Below are positions 1 through 9,687 of a stretch of 64,000 nt of DNA, piece after piece; the first letter of the stretch is position 1, and each line of letters begins with the position of its first letter. A program made the position numbers and the translations under genes. Under the pieces are notes generated by a model. That model did no database searches. It was not told the origin of the DNA and was given only the letters and a program-made list of their open reading frames with translations. Source of the stretch: Synechococcus sp. (GTDB taxonomy: Bacteria; Cyanobacteriota; Cyanobacteriia; PCC-6307; Cyanobiaceae); NCBI GenBank assembly GCA_047285805.1, contig JBJBCN010000002.1, positions 224,001 through 288,000 on the forward strand. The letters are read 5' to 3'.

Positions 1-1460
1 CAAGATCAGTAGGGCCGGGATCAGGGCGGCGCCCACCCGTTCATCACTGGCGTACTGATAAACCCGCACCGCCAGGGTGTCGAAGTCAAACGGCCGCAGA
101 GCGAAGGTAAGGGGGAGTTCCTTCACTGTGTCGACAAAGACCAGCAGGCTGCCCATGAGTAAGGGGCCCCGTAGCAGTGGCAGATGAATGCGTTGCAGCA
201 CTCCTCCCCAGCTCTGGCCGAGGGAGGTCGCGGCTTCATCAATGCTTGGCGGGATCCGCTCGAGAGCCGCGTCCAGGCCGCCTTTGGAGACCGCGAGGAA
301 GCGATCGACGTAGCCCCAAACCAGCAGCAATAACGGCGCCAGGGCCAGGGGGCCGCCGATGAGCATTAGCGCGAGGGCCAGCACGGTGCCGGGGATCGCG
401 TAGCCCAGCCCCGCCACAAAGGTCAGTCGGCGCAGGCCGGCGTTGGGGATCCAGCGTTTGGCGATGGAGAGCACGAGGCTGACGATTACCGTCAAGACGG
501 CCGCGACAATGGCCAGGCCAAAGGAGCGCAGTCCGAGTTCCAGCAGTTCGGCGCTGTCTTCGCCTTGGAGTTGGTCCCAACTGAAGGCCGCCCAGACCAA
601 GGGAAGCCCCAGGCTCAAGAGGGGTGGCGTCAGGCAAAAGACTTGGCTCAGCCAGCGTTGAGGCCCGCGCAGGCTCCAGCGCTGTTCTGGCTCACCAGAG
701 CCGCTGATGTTCCAGCAGCGGCTCCGGCGCCGCAGGGTCCGCTCGGCGCCCACCAGTAGGCCGACGATGACCAGGGCCATCAAGGCCAGGGCAACCGCGG
801 CTTGCGGATCCCCCTCCTGCTGCCAGCGCATCAGGATTCCCGAGGACAGGGTTGGGATTCCGAGCAGTTGCACCGCCCCGAGTTCATTCACGACCTCCAT
901 GCCGGTGAGGGCGACCCCTGCCCCAATCGAAGGCAGGGCCATCGGCAGGGCTACTCGCCAAAAGCTTCCCCAGGGACCGACGCCGAGGCTGCGGCAGGCT
1001 TCGAGTTGGCGCTTGCCGCTGAACGAAAAGCTCTCCGTGGAGAGCAGAAAGACATAGCTGTAGGTGCTGAGCACCATCACTGCCAGCGTTGGCCCAAAGC
1101 CGTAGATGCGCTGGCCGAAGCGACTCCCAAGGTCGATCAAGGTGGCCGCCAGCAGATAGCTGGGCGTAGCCAGGGGCAGGAGTTGAGCGATCCGCAGTAG
1201 GCGGCGTCCGGGGAACTCACAGCGAGCCGTCAGCCAGCCCGTTCCCGTTCCGAGGCCCGCGGCGAGAGCCCCAACCAGCGCAACCAAGCCCAGAGTATTG
1301 CCCACCTGGAGGGAGCCTTCATCACCAAGGTTCAGGCTCTCGAGCCCCGCGCCTCCCAGGGCAAACCAGCTCAGCCAGGCCACAGGGGCCATGGCTGCTG
1401 CACAGACCAGAAGCACCCCGACGCTGAGCAGGCTGCGCTGCGGCAGTGGTCCCCGTGCCA
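1..1460 (-). pseudogene. futB: Fe(III) ABC transporter permease FutB, decayed (frameshifts/deletions); runs off window start
   Basis: Minus-strand translation near 1-180 gives LLVFVDTVKELPLTFALRPFDFDTLAVRVYQYASDER; GYAIPGTVLALAL lies near 370-410; no continuous ORF remains. Confidence 0.85.
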
Positions 1461-1600
1461 ATCCTTTGCCTGAGGCTGCGGCGCAAAGCCTAGGGGGCAG
1501 GCATGTAATGAATGTCACAGCCGCAGGTGGCGAATGATGGCCTCCGCTCCGAGAGGCGTCCGGCCTGGGCATAGTTCGAAGACTGCGATTCGATTTGGCC

Positions 1601-2643
1601 TTGACGTTTCGTCCTTCCATCGCACCCGAGCGTCTGGCGCTCGCTGCCCTGCTGGGCGTCACGGCCGGGGCTGCGGTGCTCACCTCCTTGGCCAGGGCCA
1701 ACAGCCAAGAAATCGGGGTGTACGCGGGGCGGCTCTATAACACCGGCAAGGCCCTCTACAAGTAGTTCACCCAGAAGACCGGCATCAAGCTGAAGTTGCT
1801 CGAGGCGAAGGATGACGCCTTGATCGACCGGATCAAACGGAAGGGCGCCAACAGCCTGGCTGATTTCTTGGTGCTGGCGGATGTGGCTCGCCTGGACAAG
1901 GCTGCCGATGCCGGGCTGTTTCGTCCCAGACGCTCCGCCTCCCTCAACCGGGATGTCCCCGCGAACTTGCAGGAGTCCAAGGTGCTTTGATTTTGCTCTT
2001 TCCCGTCTGGTCCGCGTGGTGGTGGTGAACCCCAAGGTGGTCAATCCCAGCAGCATTAGCAGCTACGCCGACCTGGCGAACCCGGCCTTGAAAGGACAGC
2101 TCTGCCTGTGCAATCGCAAGAGCGTCTTCAACCAATCCCTGGTGGCCGACCAGATGATCCTCCGGGGTGACAAGGCGGCCTCCGCTTGGGTGAAGGGCAT
2201 GAGTGCCAACTTCATCCAGCCCTATTTCAGTTCGGATACGCCTTGATCCGAGAGGTCGCCAATGGCCATTGCGGGTTCGGCTTGGTCAATTCCTGTTAAG
2301 TGGCGCGGACGCTGGCCGGCGGCAACGGTGCCTCAGACCAGACGTTGGCGAATCGGGTCAAGGTTCGCTTCCCGGATCCCGCCCACGTGAACATCACCGG
2401 TGCCGGGGTGGTCAAAACCGCGAAGAATCCATAGCCGGCTCTGCGCTTGATCGAGTTCTTGGCGTAGCCCAGTGGTGGTAGCGGTTTCGCGGAAGCCAAC
2501 TATGAATTCCCGCTGCGGCGCTTTGGCATCAACGCGGGCCTGAAGCTCTTGGGAACGTTCAAGGCTGATCGGGTGTCGGCCCAGCAGAGGGTTCCAAGAA
2601 CAAGGCCGCCGTGGCTTTGTTCTTGGCCGGCGATTGGCGCTGA
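1601..2643 (+). pseudogene. futA: Fe(III)-binding periplasmic protein FutA/IdiA, decayed
   Basis: EIGVYAGRLYNTGKALYK*FTQKTGIKLKLLEAKDDALIDRI, YADLANPALKGQLCL and HVNITGAGVVK are split by several stops and frameshifts. Confidence 0.9.
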
Positions 2644-2672
2644 GTCGCTCGCCCGACAACCTGAATCCACGC

Positions 2673-2702
2673 AGCCAGCCGCCCTGCGCGGCTGGCTTTT
2701 TT
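2673..2702 (+). terminator. Rho-independent terminator after futA
   Basis: AGCCAGCCGC/GCGGCTGGCT stem followed by a T-run. Confidence 0.8.
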
Positions 2703-2742
2703 GTGGTGGCGCACACACAGCGTTTGCAGTTGACAGCTGCTA

Positions 2743-2798
2743 TTGAGAATCGCTTGCAAAAGTCCTTGTTTCTTGTTTATCTTGCGACGCATTCGCAA
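2743..2798. promoter_or_regulatory. Two Fur-box-like 17-bp dyads upstream of the Crp regulator
   Basis: TTGAGA-ATCGC-TTGCAA (2743-2759) and the perfect dyad TTGCGA-N5-TCGCAA (2782-2798), within an iron gene cluster. Confidence 0.55.
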
Positions 2799-2818
2799 CT
2801 AGCCCGTTTTCGGGTGTT

Positions 2819-3418
2819 ATGTCCTTCCGCTTCCTCCCTGATGTCCCCGCCAGTGCCGTGCGGATGCCGGTGGGTCAAACCGTCCTGCTGGATCCCCCAC
2901 GCCATGCCGGCGCGAGCTGCATCGAGGTGCTCGAGGGGATGGCCCGCGTCTACTGTCCCTGCGAGGAGACAGAGGGGATGACCTTGGCCTTTCTGCAGCC
3001 CGGCGATCAGCTGCGCACGGATCGGATCTGCACTGAGGGGGTGTGCGTGGAGGCGTTAACTCCACTGGTCTTCAGCAGTGACGCTGAGGCGGTCGGCTAC
3101 AACGGCTTCGATCCTGTCAATGAGTGGACCCTGCAGTTGCTGCGCATCCGCCACCTGGGTTCGACTGAGCAGCGCTTGCATGCTCTGTTGAGTCTGTTAG
3201 TGCATCGCCTGGGGCGCCGTTGTGGTGACTGGTGCGACCTGCCCTTCCGCCTCACCCATGACCGCATTGGTGAGTTGATCGGCGCCACGCGGGTGACGAC
3301 GACTCGGATGATCTCTAAGTTCCGTCAGGCCCAGTTGCTGGAGACCCCGGTGGGTCAGGGTGGTCTGCGCTTGGCGCCCGCCTTGGTGGATTCGGCCCCC
3401 CTGGCGGCGGGGTTCTGA
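2819..3418 (+). CDS. Crp/Fnr-family transcriptional regulator
   Basis: Cys-rich N-domain; C-terminal Crp HTH (LTHDRIGELIGATRVTTTRMISKFR). Confidence 0.9.
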   Translation: MSFRFLPDVPASAVRMPVGQTVLLDPPRHAGASCIEVLEGMARVYCPCEETEGMTLAFLQPGDQLRTDRICTEGVCVEALTPLVFSSDAEAVGYNGFDPVNEWTLQLLRIRHLGSTEQRLHALLSLLVHRLGRRCGDWCDLPFRLTHDRIGELIGATRVTTTRMISKFRQAQLLETPVGQGGLRLAPALVDSAPLAAGF

Positions 3419-3421
3419 TCG

Positions 3422-3697
3422 ATGCGCTCCATGCAGGCTTCAACTAGTGCGATCGGCTCTCTCTGCGGAGAAGCCCATGCCTTGCGTGTGCGTCTCGTCC
3501 AGATCGACGCGGATCAGCGGCGCTGCCAGGCCCCTGCCCTCTGCAGACGCCTGCGGCGGGAGTCTGAGCAGCTCATCGTGCGCTTGGCGGAGCTGGGGCG
3601 CATCGCCAGCTGGCTGCAATCGGCGCCCGTGGTAGTCGATCGCCTGAGCTTGGCGCTGTTTCAGGAGTTGTGCGGGCGGCCCTTGCCCTGCTCTTAG
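3422..3697 (+). CDS. Hypothetical protein, probably co-transcribed with the Crp regulator
   Basis: 91-aa ORF starting 3 nt after the regulator stop. Confidence 0.6.
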   Translation: MRSMQASTSAIGSLCGEAHALRVRLVQIDADQRRCQAPALCRRLRRESEQLIVRLAELGRIASWLQSAPVVVDRLSLALFQELCGRPLPCS

Positions 3698-4278
3698 GCG
3701 ACCGAGGTTGGTGCGTTCTGGCCAGCGGCCAGCTCCCCGTCGATCACGAGCAAGGCGGCGGAGTCGGAGTGGCTGAAGGCGATGCGATCGAGCAGGTGAG
3801 CGGCTTGGTTTTCCGCGTCGATCTGCCCCTGGACGATCGGATCTAGGAAGACCGTGGTGCGCACGTCACCACTGCGTTCGGCCATGGCATAGAGCTGATG
3901 CAAAGAGGCGGTCACCTCCGCTTCCATCTGGAAGATGCCACGGAAGATCTCCTCAACGCTGCTCCAGCTTTGCCGAGGGGCGAGTAGCGGTTCGAGGGCA
4001 ACGGACTGGCCCCGGGCAATCAGGTAGTCGGCAAATAGTCCGGCGTGGTGCTGTTCTTCGCTCGATTCCTGTTTCAAGAACGCGCTGAAGCCCCGCAGGC
4101 CGCGCTCGGTAAACCAGATCGCCAGGGCCCAGTAGGCGGCGCTGGACTGGCGCTCCATCGTTAGGTGCTCCTTAAGGCATTCGAGCAGGTCGGCGGCCAT
4201 GGGTTGGGCCATGGCGCGCCCGGCGGGTCCCCGGGCGATGGCTTGGTCGCTGTCTCCGCGAACGATGGATTGGGTCAT
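3694..4278 (-). CDS. ftn: Ferritin
   Basis: EHLTMERQSSAAY, EEQHHA, MEAEVT, FLDPIVQGQIDAE ferroxidase-type motifs. Confidence 0.92.
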   Translation of the reverse strand: MTQSIVRGDSDQAIARGPAGRAMAQPMAADLLECLKEHLTMERQSSAAYWALAIWFTERGLRGFSAFLKQESSEEQHHAGLFADYLIARGQSVALEPLLAPRQSWSSVEEIFRGIFQMEAEVTASLHQLYAMAERSGDVRTTVFLDPIVQGQIDAENQAAHLLDRIAFSHSDSAALLVIDGELAAGQNAPTSVA

Positions 4279-4363
4279 AGCTTGCCGCGCAGAGCTGGCT
4301 TCAAGCTAAGGAATCTGCAGGGGTGTTGCAATCCGGCCCCCACAAGCGACTTGACTTGCGCAA

Positions 4364-4380
4364 AAGAGAATCGATTGCAA
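4364..4380. promoter_or_regulatory. Fur-box-like site between ferritin and the Cys-rich micropeptide
   Basis: AAGAGA-ATCGA-TTGCAA matches the 2743-2759 motif at 14/17. Confidence 0.55.
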
Positions 4381-4419
4381 TAAGATGAACGCATTGAGAT
4401 CGAGCCCGATTCGCCCCTG

Positions 4420-4560
4420 ATGGCCCAATCCATTGGTCCTGCTTCTGATCTCCCGCTGCAGCCCCAGGGCAGGGTTCAGGCCTGCGCCAAGAAGAAGGGC
4501 TGCAAGGAGAAGAAGTGCTCGAAGTGGAAGGGCGGTAAGTGCCGCTGCGGTCGGGACTGA
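4420..4560 (+). CDS. 46-aa Cys/Lys-rich micropeptide (metallothionein-like)
   Basis: MAQSIGPASDLPLQPQGRVQACAKKKGCKEKKCSKWKGGKCRCGRD*; below the ORF-track cutoff. Confidence 0.6.
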   Translation: MAQSIGPASDLPLQPQGRVQACAKKKGCKEKKCSKWKGGKCRCGRD

Positions 4561-4579
4561 TACCTTGCGTTCCGCTGGC

Positions 4580-5357
4580 TGAGTGCAGCGGCGCTGCGGT
4601 CTTCAGGCGGGGCTTGCTGTTTCCAGGCTTCGACGCCGGTGAGCAGGTCCGAGGCCCTTATTAATTCCGAGGCCCTTATTAATAAGGAGAAGCCGCGCTG
4701 TGGGTGGCGATCGCTCAGATGCGGGGCGAGCCGTTGTCACGCAACGGCACCCACGGCTCCCCCCAGCAGTAAGGGCACGAGCAGGAGCAGGCTCGCCTGC
4801 GGCCAGTAGCCGAGGGCTGCCAGGGCGACCAGGGCATTGACGGCAATCAGCAACAGGCTGGTGCCGCCAGCCAGGGCCATGGGCAGCCCCGCGAGAAGGA
4901 CAAGGGCCGGCACGTTGGCAAAGCCGCCGCCGACACCGGTAATGCCGGTCAGGAGGCCCACCAGCAGGCCCTACAGCTCAGCGGCCCGGCGGGGACCTGG
5001 GGTCGCGCTGGCCTGACGCAGCAGCAGCAGCCAGGAGGTCAAGAGTGCCGCGGACGCAAAGACGCTGAGTTGGACGGCCTCAGGAATTAGCCCGGCTTTG
5101 ACCCAGCTGCCGCATAGGGCCGGCAGGCTCAGGAGCAGGGCTGGTCTTGGGGCGAATTGGCTGCGGTGCAGGTAGGGCCCCATGTTCGTTAGGGCCAGGA
5201 GCATGACGACGATGAGCGAGAGCGAAACGGCCTCCACGGTGGGCAGGGCGGCACCGCTCAACAACAGAGGCAGCAGCAGGATTGAGCCTCCGGCCCCGAG
5301 GACGGAGAGCAAAAAGCCGATCAGGCCGCCCCCCGGTCCCAGCAGCAGGCTGATCAC
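4580..5357 (-). pseudogene. TauE/SafE sulfite exporter, decayed
   Basis: GLIGFLLSVLGAGGSILLLP and [20 protein letters not shown] half-repeats, separated by stops. Confidence 0.85.
4648..4683. repeat. 18-bp perfect tandem duplication inside the tauE remnant
   Basis: TCCGAGGCCCTTATTAAT x2. Confidence 0.95.
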
Positions 5358-5876
5358 ATGGAGATCCGGTTCCAGGACATGACGGTAAGCAGCCGGGCCA
5401 TCCCGCTGAAGCCGCTGACGCCAGCGAAGGTCAGGCCGGCACCCACGAACCAGGTGAGGGCAATCCAGCCAGGGGCGACGGTGTTGCTCAGGATCAGCCC
5501 CAGCAGGATCAGCGATCCCGCCGCGATTTGCACCTGGCGCATCAGGGGGAGAGGGGCTTTTTTGAGCTTGCGGATGGGGACGCCAGCCCCCTGCTAGGTG
5601 GGTAGGCCTCCTTGAAGTTCGCTGAAGGGATGGGGATGGCTTTGGGCCGATCAGTTGTCCTAGGGCGCGACGGCTGCGGTTGCGGCTCTGGCAGGCCAGC
5701 ACTAGGGGGGCCTGAGGAAGGTCGGCCCGTAGCAGGCGATTCAGTGGAATGTTGAGGCTGCCGGCGATGTGGCCGCTGGCTTACTCCATTGGCTCGCGCA
5801 CGTTGATCACGCTGACGCGTTTGGCGGAGAGTTGATCGGCCAAGTCGCGGGCGCTGATCGGTTGGGAGTGGGTCAT
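5354..5876 (-). pseudogene. Rhodanese-DUF2892 (YgaP-like) membrane protein, decayed
   Basis: INVREPME*ASGHIAGSLNIPL, then [15 protein letters not shown]...[13 protein letters not shown]; stops and frameshifts. Confidence 0.85.
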
Positions 5877-5920
5877 CGGTTGGCTGGCAGTGGAAGGACG
5901 GGTGTGAAAGCCGAGGGGAA

Positions 5921-7042
5921 TCAGGTGTTAAGGGAGCCGACGAGTGGGTAGCCCTCATCGCTCCAGCGCAGAAGACCGCCGCGGAGATTGGCGACGCGCT
6001 CGAAGCCGGCCTTGAGGAGCTTTTGGGTCGCGAGGGCCGAGCGACTTCCCGCGTGGCAGACCACGACAAGGGGGCGGTCGCTCGGGAGTTCCCCCTGGCG
6101 TTGCTCGAGTTCCGGCAGCGGGATGTTCACGCTGGTTTCGATACGGCCATCCGGGCCCTCCACTTCGTCCTCTGAGCGGACGTCGAGAACTGTGACCGCG
6201 CTGCGGTGCTCCGCCAGCCAGCTGGGGGGTAGCTCGGGCAGCCCGGCGAAGCTGCGCTGAATGGGGGCCCAGTACTGGGCGGGTTGCTCCTCGCGGGGTT
6301 GGCCCGAGCGGAGATTCCCGGGGAGGGCGATCGAGATCTTGCCCGGGTGGGGGAGCTTCATGTTGGTCATGTGTCCCACGAAGTCGCGTTCATTGGCGCC
6401 TCCCCCGAGGCGCGCGTTGAAGGCTTTTTCTTCGGCGACCGAGGAGAGCGTGCGACCGGTGTAGTCGTGGCCGGGGTAGAGCAGGCAGCTGTTGGGCAGG
6501 CTGAAGATCTGCTCGGTGATCGAGCGCCACAGGGTGTGGGGGTCTCCCTGTTGGAAGTCGCAGCGGCCGCAGCCGCGAACCAGCATGGCGTCGCCGGTGA
6601 AGGCGGCGGACTGATCGTCCAGGACATAGGTGACGCAGCCGTCGGTGTGTCCGGGGGTGCTGCGCACCCCGAGATGACGTCCGCCAAAACGCACCTGATC
6701 GCCGTGCTCGAGGGGCAGGCTGACGTTTTTGGCGCGGGCCGCTTTGGCCAGGCCGATGACACAGCCGGTCGCTTGCTGAATGAGCCAGCTGCCGGTGACG
6801 TGGTCAGCGTGGGCATGCGTGTCCAAGGTGGCCACAAGGGTGATGCCCAGCTCACGAATCAAGGAGAGATCCCGCTCGTGTTGCTCAAACACCGGATCGA
6901 TCAGTACCCCTTCGCTAGAGGCGACTTCGGCAAGCAAATAGGTGTAGGTCCCGGTTGTTGCATCGAAGAGTTGGCGATGCAGCAGGGGCTGACCGCCTGC
7001 TGCATCCCGGAGCGCGATCGGGGATGGCGCGGTGGAGACCAT
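5921..7042 (-). CDS. Persulfide dioxygenase (ETHE1-like MBL fold)-rhodanese fusion
   Basis: RQLFD..T.TYTYLL, THAHADH, TPGHT, RGCGRCDFQQG, YPGHDY; C-terminal rhodanese VCHAGSRS. Confidence 0.92.
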   Translation of the reverse strand: MVSTAPSPIALRDAAGGQPLLHRQLFDATTGTYTYLLAEVASSEGVLIDPVFEQHERDLSLIRELGITLVATLDTHAHADHVTGSWLIQQATGCVIGLAKAARAKNVSLPLEHGDQVRFGGRHLGVRSTPGHTDGCVTYVLDDQSAAFTGDAMLVRGCGRCDFQQGDPHTLWRSITEQIFSLPNSCLLYPGHDYTGRTLSSVAEEKAFNARLGGGANERDFVGHMTNMKLPHPGKISIALPGNLRSGQPREEQPAQYWAPIQRSFAGLPELPPSWLAEHRSAVTVLDVRSEDEVEGPDGRIETSVNIPLPELEQRQGELPSDRPLVVVCHAGSRSALATQKLLKAGFERVANLRGGLLRWSDEGYPLVGSLNT

Positions 7043-7059
7043 GAACTCCGCTTCAGGCT

Positions 7060-7079
7060 TGTATGACTATATACGCATA
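7060..7079 (-). promoter_or_regulatory. Putative ArsR operator, copy 1
   Basis: TATGCGTATATAGTCATACA on the minus strand, 17 nt upstream of the dioxygenase start. Confidence 0.65.
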
Positions 7080-7091
7080 AAGCCTTTGGTC

Positions 7092-7697
7092 TTACGTGTC
7101 CTTCTTTTGCCCGAATGCTTGAACGACGGCGCTCTTGCCCTGGTGGAGGGGACCTTCTTCAATCCAGCGCTCGGTTTCCTGCAGTTCCAGCCAGGTCATG
7201 CCCTCGAGTTCCTCCTGGAGTTGCTTGGCTGTGATCAGGAGTTCCGGGTTCGGCGGGCCGCCGGTTGCATGGCGCAGCTGCTCCGGGGTGTAGGCCTCAA
7301 GAATCAGATGGCCGCCGGGCCTTAATGCGGCAACGGTGAGCCGGTGCACCAGGGCCCGCAGCTCTGGCTCCAGGTGCATCCAGATGGCGACGACAAGGTC
7401 GACACTTTCGGGTTCGGGCTTGAACTCCCGCAGGTCTCCGCAGACGCAGGTCAGGTTGACCCCCTGGTCTTGGGCCAGTTGCTTGGCTTTCTCAAGGCCG
7501 ACCGGGCTGAGGTCCTGGGCGGTGACGCGATGGCCCTTTTGGGCCAAGTGCACAGCGTTGCGTCCGCCTCCTTCCGCGAGGCAGAGCGCGTCGCCAGGGG
7601 GGAGCTTGGCCACTGATGCCCGCAGGAAGTCATTGGGTTCGGTTCCGTAGGCGTGCCCGCTCTCGCGGAAGCGCTGATCCCAGAACTCCTGATTCAT
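7092..7697 (-). CDS. Class I SAM-dependent methyltransferase (TehB-like)
   Basis: FWDQRF, YGTEPNDFL, LCLAEGGGRNAVHLA. Confidence 0.88.
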   Translation of the reverse strand: MNQEFWDQRFRESGHAYGTEPNDFLRASVAKLPPGDALCLAEGGGRNAVHLAQKGHRVTAQDLSPVGLEKAKQLAQDQGVNLTCVCGDLREFKPEPESVDLVVAIWMHLEPELRALVHRLTVAALRPGGHLILEAYTPEQLRHATGGPPNPELLITAKQLQEELEGMTWLELQETERWIEEGPLHQGKSAVVQAFGQKKDT

Positions 7698-7713
7698 GGC
7701 CGAGGCCAGGCAT

Positions 7714-7733
7714 AATGCGTCTATCGTCATACA
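7714..7733 (+). promoter_or_regulatory. Putative ArsR operator, copy 2
   Basis: AATGCGTCTATCGTCATACA, 17/20 identical to copy 1, between the divergent methyltransferase and arsR. Confidence 0.65.
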
Positions 7734-7759
7734 GTATTGCAATGGGCGCCGCAGGTGCA

Positions 7760-8080
7760 ATGCCCTCCCACGAGTTGCTGGAGGAGTACAGCCAGTTTTT
7801 TCGTCTGCTGAGCGAGCCGGCCCGGCTGCAGCTGCTTTGTCACCTAAAGCAGGGGCCGACCGATGTCGCCTCCTTGATTGAGGCGACGGGGTTTTCCCAA
7901 TCCCACATCAGTCGTCAGCTCGGTCAGCTCCAGCGGGCTGGGCTGGTGCGCTGCGAGCGCGAGGGCACGCGCACGATCTGGCAAGCGGATGGTGACTTGG
8001 TGGATGACCTTTGTGCGTTAGTTCAGAACCGGCTCAGGCAGAGGCTTCAGGCGCAGCTGGATCAGCTCCAGTCGGTGTAA
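7760..8080 (+). CDS. ArsR/SmtB-family repressor (BigR/SqrR-like)
   Basis: FRLLSEPARLQLLCHL...SQSHISRQLGQL; Cys in helix 2 and in the C-terminal helix; start could be 7742. Confidence 0.88.
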   Translation: MPSHELLEEYSQFFRLLSEPARLQLLCHLKQGPTDVASLIEATGFSQSHISRQLGQLQRAGLVRCEREGTRTIWQADGDLVDDLCALVQNRLRQRLQAQLDQLQSV

Positions 8081-8176
8081 ACGGTCCGTTTTCTGTTCGC
8101 AATGCTTAAGCGCCCCTTGATTTCTGTTTGATCAGCGGTAATCGACGTAGGTTGGACGCCTTCGGTAAAGGGGGCG

Positions 8177-8437
8177 ATGCAGGTCACGCACCGGTCTGAG
8201 GACAAGGTCCAGATCACGATGAGCCGCGAAGAAGTCGCGATGCTCGTCGATCTCTGCCATGCAGCAGCCTTCTCCGACCTTCTTCCTCAGCGCCGCGAGT
8301 CTCAGGTGCGGGTGCAGCGCTTCGTCTGGGATGTGCAGAACACCCTCTTTGATGCGGCCCAGTCCGTCTGGCAGTCCAAGCGTCACCTGACAATGCCGGT
8401 GGCTTCCGTTTGCCGCCGCTCCTCCGCGGCCGCCTGA
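8177..8437 (+). CDS. Hypothetical protein
   Basis: 86-aa ORF with purine-rich sequence upstream; fills the gap between neighbours. Confidence 0.65.
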   Translation: MQVTHRSEDKVQITMSREEVAMLVDLCHAAAFSDLLPQRRESQVRVQRFVWDVQNTLFDAAQSVWQSKRHLTMPVASVCRRSSAAA

Positions 8438-8440
8438 GAT

Positions 8441-9664
8441 CTAAAGCCGCGCAATCAGCAGTTCAGCGAGTGATTCCGCGCTGCTCAGCGCGCCCTCGAT
8501 GCGCCCAGAGCCGTCCCCAGCCAGGCTGTCGCCGCAGAAGCCGATGGCGCTCCCCGGGCAGAGGCGATGGCTCGGGTCTAGTCCGGGAGGGGTTGGGAAG
8601 GCGGCCCCCCAGCGCATCAGTTGTGTTTGCGCTCCCGCCAGTGGCAGCCCCGTGAGATCGATGAGGGCGTCGTGCAGGGCATCGAGCACCTGGGCCTCAG
8701 CGGCGGGCGCGGGTTTGGCCCCCAGCAGTTGGGCGGCTGAGGAGCGTGAGCCGTAGACATCGAGATGGGCCGCGGCAAAGGCCAGGCTGGATTCCGCCAC
8801 CACGACACATCGTCCATCCGCGAGTGGTTGCACGCCGATGCGGCGCAATCCCCAACGCTCCTGTGCCGTAGGGGTGCATTGCAGAAGATCCCAGGGCATG
8901 GCCAGCCAAGACCGGGCAGTCTCTTGGGGAAGGGTCGCCAGAAGGTTGCAGCTGGCTTGAGCGTCGATCGAGGCCAGCTGCGCCTGGGCGGTGCTCAGTT
9001 GGGGGTCCGCGAGCTGCTGAGCGGCATGCGCCAGCGGGATCTCTGTCCAGCCAAAGACCTGCTGCCCGCGGGGATGGGCCAGAAGAGTTCCGCTCAGTAC
9101 AAGCCAGCGGGCCTCGACAACCGCTGCCCCCGAGGCGTCCTGCAGGGTCCAGGTCACACCTGCCTTGGATCGCTCCGGCTGCAGATGGCGCACGAGTGTC
9201 CCAAAGCGTCGGTTCAGTGCTCCTACCTGTTCGGCGGCCAGATCAAGCAGCCCTGCGCAAAGCCGGTCCATTCCCCCATCGCCCTGCCAGAGGCTTCCGT
9301 CACTGAAGCCATCTGCAATGGCCGGGCCGAGGCTGCGCTGCGCATCCAGGCTCTGAATGGATCCGGTAAAGGGGCGGATTGCCCCGCGTTGCTCGAGGGC
9401 CTTGACCAGGGCCGGCAGTGTCTGGGCGCGAATGTTGAAGAGCGGTGCTCCGTGGTTGATGCGTAGGCCGTCGTCCTGCCTGGAATAGCGGGTGGCGGCC
9501 CGTCCGCCGGGTCCCCGGCCGATCTCCAGCAGGTCGATGGACCCCGGCCAGCCGCGCTGACGCAGGCTGGCGGCGAGGGCGCAACCGGATACCCCAGCGC
9601 CAACGATGGCGAGATCAACGCGCGGGGTGGGTGAGGCCAACGGGAGCGACCAGGGCATGACCAT
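8441..9664 (-). CDS. Renalase-like NAD/FAD-dependent oxidoreductase
   Basis: IVGAGVSG, GRGPGGRAATR, HGAPLF, RWGAAFP, CGD...GRIEGALSS. Confidence 0.88.
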   Translation of the reverse strand: MVMPWSLPLASPTPRVDLAIVGAGVSGCALAASLRQRGWPGSIDLLEIGRGPGGRAATRYSRQDDGLRINHGAPLFNIRAQTLPALVKALEQRGAIRPFTGSIQSLDAQRSLGPAIADGFSDGSLWQGDGGMDRLCAGLLDLAAEQVGALNRRFGTLVRHLQPERSKAGVTWTLQDASGAAVVEARWLVLSGTLLAHPRGQQVFGWTEIPLAHAAQQLADPQLSTAQAQLASIDAQASCNLLATLPQETARSWLAMPWDLLQCTPTAQERWGLRRIGVQPLADGRCVVVAESSLAFAAAHLDVYGSRSSAAQLLGAKPAPAAEAQVLDALHDALIDLTGLPLAGAQTQLMRWGAAFPTPPGLDPSHRLCPGSAIGFCGDSLAGDGSGRIEGALSSAESLAELLIARL

Positions 9665-9687
9665 GCTGGGTCTTTGCTTGGGCTGTC

